NCBI GenBank assembly: GCA_001275005.1
Contig: JWZX01003269.1
Location: forward strand, 62,001-103,779
Direction of reading: 5' to 3'
Source: Chrysochromulina tobinii
Lineage: Eukaryota
Length of the DNA: 41,779 nt
Shown: in pieces, positions 38,708-41,779 of the stretch
How the letters are laid out: the number at the start of each line of letters is the position of its first letter
How positions within the stretch are numbered: the stretch's first letter is position 1
The notes under the pieces: model-generated
The model's input: only the letters and a program-made list of their open reading frames with translations
The model's database searches: none
What the model was told of the DNA's origin: nothing
Program-made: the position numbers and the translations under genes

Positions 38708-41251
38708 TTATTTGCGGCTCAGCGGCGCGGCGGCGATCGGCTGGCGCGCGTTACTCAGGATGTCGCACTGTTGCTTCACGTCGTCTCGCGCCTTGCGGAT
38801 GTCGGCGTGAGTGCACTCGTCGAGCGCGGTGAGCTGCGGCAGCGCGGTGAGCGCGTCGGCGAGCTGTTGCTCATCCCAGCGTTCCGCAGGCAGCCGCAGC
38901 ACCTCGAGCTTGCGCAGCTTTCGCAGAGCCTCGAGAGGTCGAACGGTCTTGGTGATCGAGGCGCAGCCCGTGAGGTCGAGCCGCCTGAGCGAGTGCGCAT
39001 GCATCTCGAGGGCCTCAAGCCACTCGTCCGTGACGATGGGTGAATGGGAGAGGTTGAGCTGCGTCATCGGAGGCACCTGGCGCCGGAGCAGCCGAAGGTC
39101 TGACGCGACCACGCTCGGCTCGTCGCTCGTCGCGCCGTGTTGGGCGCCACGGCTGACGTCGCACAGCTTCCAGCAGCAGCAGAGCGGGCGTGCGACGCCC
39201 GGATACGGTTCGCGTACCCACTCGGAGCGCAGCACGTCGCGTAGCATCGGCCGGCGCGCGCTGTCCGGGTGGAGCATACGCAGCAGCAGCTGCTGCAGAG
39301 CAGGGGGGAAGACTGACGGGTCGGGTGGCCCTTGGTGTCCACCAGCCTGGGGAAGCGCTACCTGAGCCATGGCGGCCGCGGCGGCCGCGGCGGGATGCAC
39401 CGGGACTGCGGTGGCCTGCGCGCGCAGCTTGTAGGGCTGGAGCACCATGCGCAGGAGCACCCGGCCGAGGTCACACACGTCCGCGGCGAAGAAGCTCCGC
39501 ATGAGCAGCGCGTGCCTACGTGACGAGGGCGTCGCGTGCGCCAGGTCGACCTCGCCTGGGTGGCCTGTGATGAGGGTGCCCAGCCTCTCGTACGCTGCCC
39601 AACCCCACGCCAGCAGCTCTGTGAAGCTCCGCCCCCCTGCCGAGAGCTCGGCCATATTCTCGGCCATAATCTCGGCCATATGATCGGCCATATTATCGGC
39701 CATACCCGCCGGTCCGGCCGTCTGCGCCGCGTACGCTGCGATCGCCGCCGCGACCGTGCCCTGCAACAAGCCCGTCACTTGAGCCGCCACGCCCGCGGCA
39801 GCGTGAGGCTGCTCTGCGGGCACAGCGGTCGCAGCGGCCCCAGGCCCCAGGCCAAGCCCGTGGAAGCCGGGCGTCGTGCCGGGCGTCGGTTCCATGAGCG
39901 CCGTGTCGGGCAGCTCATCGAGCGCCTCGTCCAGCGGCTGGAGCAGCAGGGGCTCGACGGTGGCGCCGGCGTCGAGTGCGCGCAGCAGGGGCTCGACGGT
40001 GGCGCCGGCCTCGGGCGCCGGAGCCGCGGCGGTCGGTTGCGAGCCAGCTCTGGTGCGTCTCGCCTCGTGATCCATGCGCACGTCGCGTGAGTGAGCCGCC
40101 GAAGGGCCCCGCTGTGGGGCGGGGGGCGGACCGAGGCTCTTGCACGCGTGCAGCATGTCGAGGAGCGCGTACGGCAAGCGAGACACGGCCGCTCGCTCGC
40201 CGAGCTCCGCATCGTGCTCCGCCGGGGAGGTCGTGCGGTTGCGGAACGGGTCGCGGAGCAGAACGGCGGGTAGGAGCACGTTGCCGTGGAAAAAGCGCTG
40301 CGCGTGCACCGCCTGCACCGCGTGCGCGAGCTGACAGAAGATCGCATGCGCATGGGCCTCTTCCAACGGGCGGGGCAGCTTGAGCACGAGGTCGAGCGTC
40401 GTGTGAGTCGCTGGCTGCACCAAGTGGACGCTTGGGGGATCGGTCGCGGAGATGATGGCCTGCTGTACCGGCTGCAGGTGCGCCGATGTGGCGAGCGCGA
40501 GCGGCCCCCCCGATGCCACCTGGGCCGCGTACAGCCGCGACTGGTGCGCGTTGAGCGATCGTATCGTCACGCGGCCGCGCGTGTGGTGCGTGGCGACGTA
40601 GGTGGCGCCGCGCGCAGGCGGACGCTCCGCGAGGGGAGTGCCCGCCGCCGCGGTGCCCGACTCGCTGATCTCGCCGCAGATCTCGTACGCGGCCAGATCG
40701 TCCACGAATCGGTCGATCTTGCCGATCGCCGGTGGCTCCGCGCACTCGAGAGGCCGGCAGCCACCAAACCGCTCGATGCGCGCGGCGGTCTCGAATAGCG
40801 TGAAGGCGTCCTCTTGAGGCATGGGCAGCGGGCTGCCGTCGGGACCGACGAGACGCCCCGATGCGCGCAGGTGAACCTCCCAGAGCGTGTGCATGCGCGA
40901 CGCTTGGTACCACGCGGAGCAGACCGCGCCGGCTGAGGCAAGCTGCGCAGGCGATGGAACAAAGCGCAGCACGTGCTCGAGGAGCTCGGGATGGCCAAAG
41001 CACTCGTCGGACGGGCGTGAAAGGCATTCCTGCACATATTCGCCGCCCACGGAGTTGGAGAGATGCTGCCGTGTCGTGAACTGGCAGGAGAGCGCCGTGC
41101 ATGAGCGAGCCTGCATCAGCTCGCGCTTGCTCACGGTCGTGGAACCCACGTCCTCTTTGAGTCTCGGGAGGAGCTCGTCAAGGCTCTCAAGCCTTGCCTG
41201 CAGCTGAGCATGCAACTCGTCCGGGCCTGGGCGAGTCACTCGCTGCCACAT
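38708..41251 (-). CDS. F-box + degenerate protein-kinase domain + LRR fusion protein
   Basis: F-box PELLEHVLRFV...AGAVCSAWYQAS...LW. Kinase-like LEEAHAHAIFCQLAHAVQAVHAQRFFHGNV, ADVCDLG and LLLRMLHPDSARRP..RDVLRSEWV. LRRs LNLSHSPIVTD, LRRLDLTGCASIT and LEVLRL. Confidence 0.75.
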   Translation of the reverse strand: MWQRVTRPGPDELHAQLQARLESLDELLPRLKEDVGSTTVSKRELMQARSCTALSCQFTTRQHLSNSVGGEYVQECLSRPSDECFGHPELLEHVLRFVPSPAQLASAGAVCSAWYQASRMHTLWEVHLRASGRLVGPDGSPLPMPQEDAFTLFETAARIERFGGCRPLECAEPPAIGKIDRFVDDLAAYEICGEISESGTAAAGTPLAERPPARGATYVATHHTRGRVTIRSLNAHQSRLYAAQVASGGPLALATSAHLQPVQQAIISATDPPSVHLVQPATHTTLDLVLKLPRPLEEAHAHAIFCQLAHAVQAVHAQRFFHGNVLLPAVLLRDPFRNRTTSPAEHDAELGERAAVSRLPYALLDMLHACKSLGPPPAPQRGPSAAHSRDVRMDHEARRTRAGSQPTAAAPAPEAGATVEPLLRALDAGATVEPLLLQPLDEALDELPDTALMEPTPGTTPGFHGLGLGPGAAATAVPAEQPHAAAGVAAQVTGLLQGTVAAAIAAYAAQTAGPAGMADNMADHMAEIMAENMAELSAGGRSFTELLAWGWAAYERLGTLITGHPGEVDLAHATPSSRRHALLMRSFFAADVCDLGRVLLRMVLQPYKLRAQATAVPVHPAAAAAAAMAQVALPQAGGHQGPPDPSVFPPALQQLLLRMLHPDSARRPMLRDVLRSEWVREPYPGVARPLCCCWKLCDVSRGAQHGATSDEPSVVASDLRLLRRQVPPMTQLNLSHSPIVTDEWLEALEMHAHSLRRLDLTGCASITKTVRPLEALRKLRKLEVLRLPAERWDEQQLADALTALPQLTALDECTHADIRKARDDVKQQCDILSNARQPIAAAPLSRK

Positions 41252-41779
41252 CCTTTGCCCGCGCGAGTCCCACCGCCAAGACACAGGAGAGGCGGCAGCC
41301 TCACACTTGTGTCAGAGTGCAATCTCTTGTGAACCGGACTTCCGCCCGGCGACCTCCCAAATCCGGTCGGATGTGCGCAAAGATATTCCTGCAAAGGGGG
41401 GTAAGACGACAAACCCGCGCAACACTATAGTAATCGGAGCGCTTCGCTGCACCGTGGCTCACCTCGGGCTCAGAACCTCCTGATTTGTCATTTTATAATC
41501 CTGAGTGTAAGTTGCATCGACCACGCACCGAGAGTCCGAGTGCGAGACGACGTACGAGGGGCGCGCCGAATCCCGAAATCACACCGGAAACCAAGCCGGA
41601 AACAAAGACTTCCCAGGGGTGAACCTAAAACTGCTAAACATGTTCTAAGAGGGTAAGTGAGCAATTGGTTTACATATGTATTGTTGGTTTAGTGCGAGCG
41701 GTAGGGGGGTCATTCCCCCGGTGGGGGTCCGTTAACCTGCTTACGGAACCTTCCTAGAGACCGGTAAGTGAGCTCCGTC

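Noticed and set aside
748..41102. Many long antisense or alternate-frame ORFs (e.g. 748..1866+, 13744..15183+, 16645..17886+, 18244..19440-, 39915..41102-)
   Set aside because: These are shadows of GC3-rich real genes: Arg/Ala/Ser-rich, with no recognisable motifs.

Overview
GC-rich, gene-dense eukaryotic nuclear DNA, most likely from a flagellated alga with a secondary plastid. A haptophyte/prymnesiophyte is my inference, from bipartite signal+transit N-termini, IFT74, short GT-AG and probable GC-AG introns, and the ART gene type. I can support 19 protein-coding genes, 12 of them in six tight head-to-head pairs. In order: an acylated PPP/PPEF-like phosphatase, TerC, a PP2C with a (GGSVH)n tail, a spliced multi-TM protein, a GPR107/TMEM87-like 7TM protein, a Cys-rich single-pass protein, a p25-alpha-like protein, a large SNF2 remodeller (PHD, 3 HTH-like repeats, MBD-like and Tudor-like domains), PGDH, an ankyrin-TPR-ankyrin gene with a 1-nt frameshift, a CCDC186-like coiled-coil protein, a membrane-split metzincin with an EF-hand, a multi-TM ADP-ribosyltransferase, a hypothetical membrane protein, a TPR-2OG oxygenase, a plastid-type NDK, a plastid-targeted unknown, IFT74, and an F-box/pseudokinase/LRR fusion. 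A degenerate 72-bp repeat array lies at the left edge. The best candidate for an undescribed system is the divergent EF-hand metalloprotease / polytopic ART pair (24267-29285). No rRNA, tRNA, CRISPR array or transposase was recognised. All family calls are by-eye motif recognition; no searches were run.
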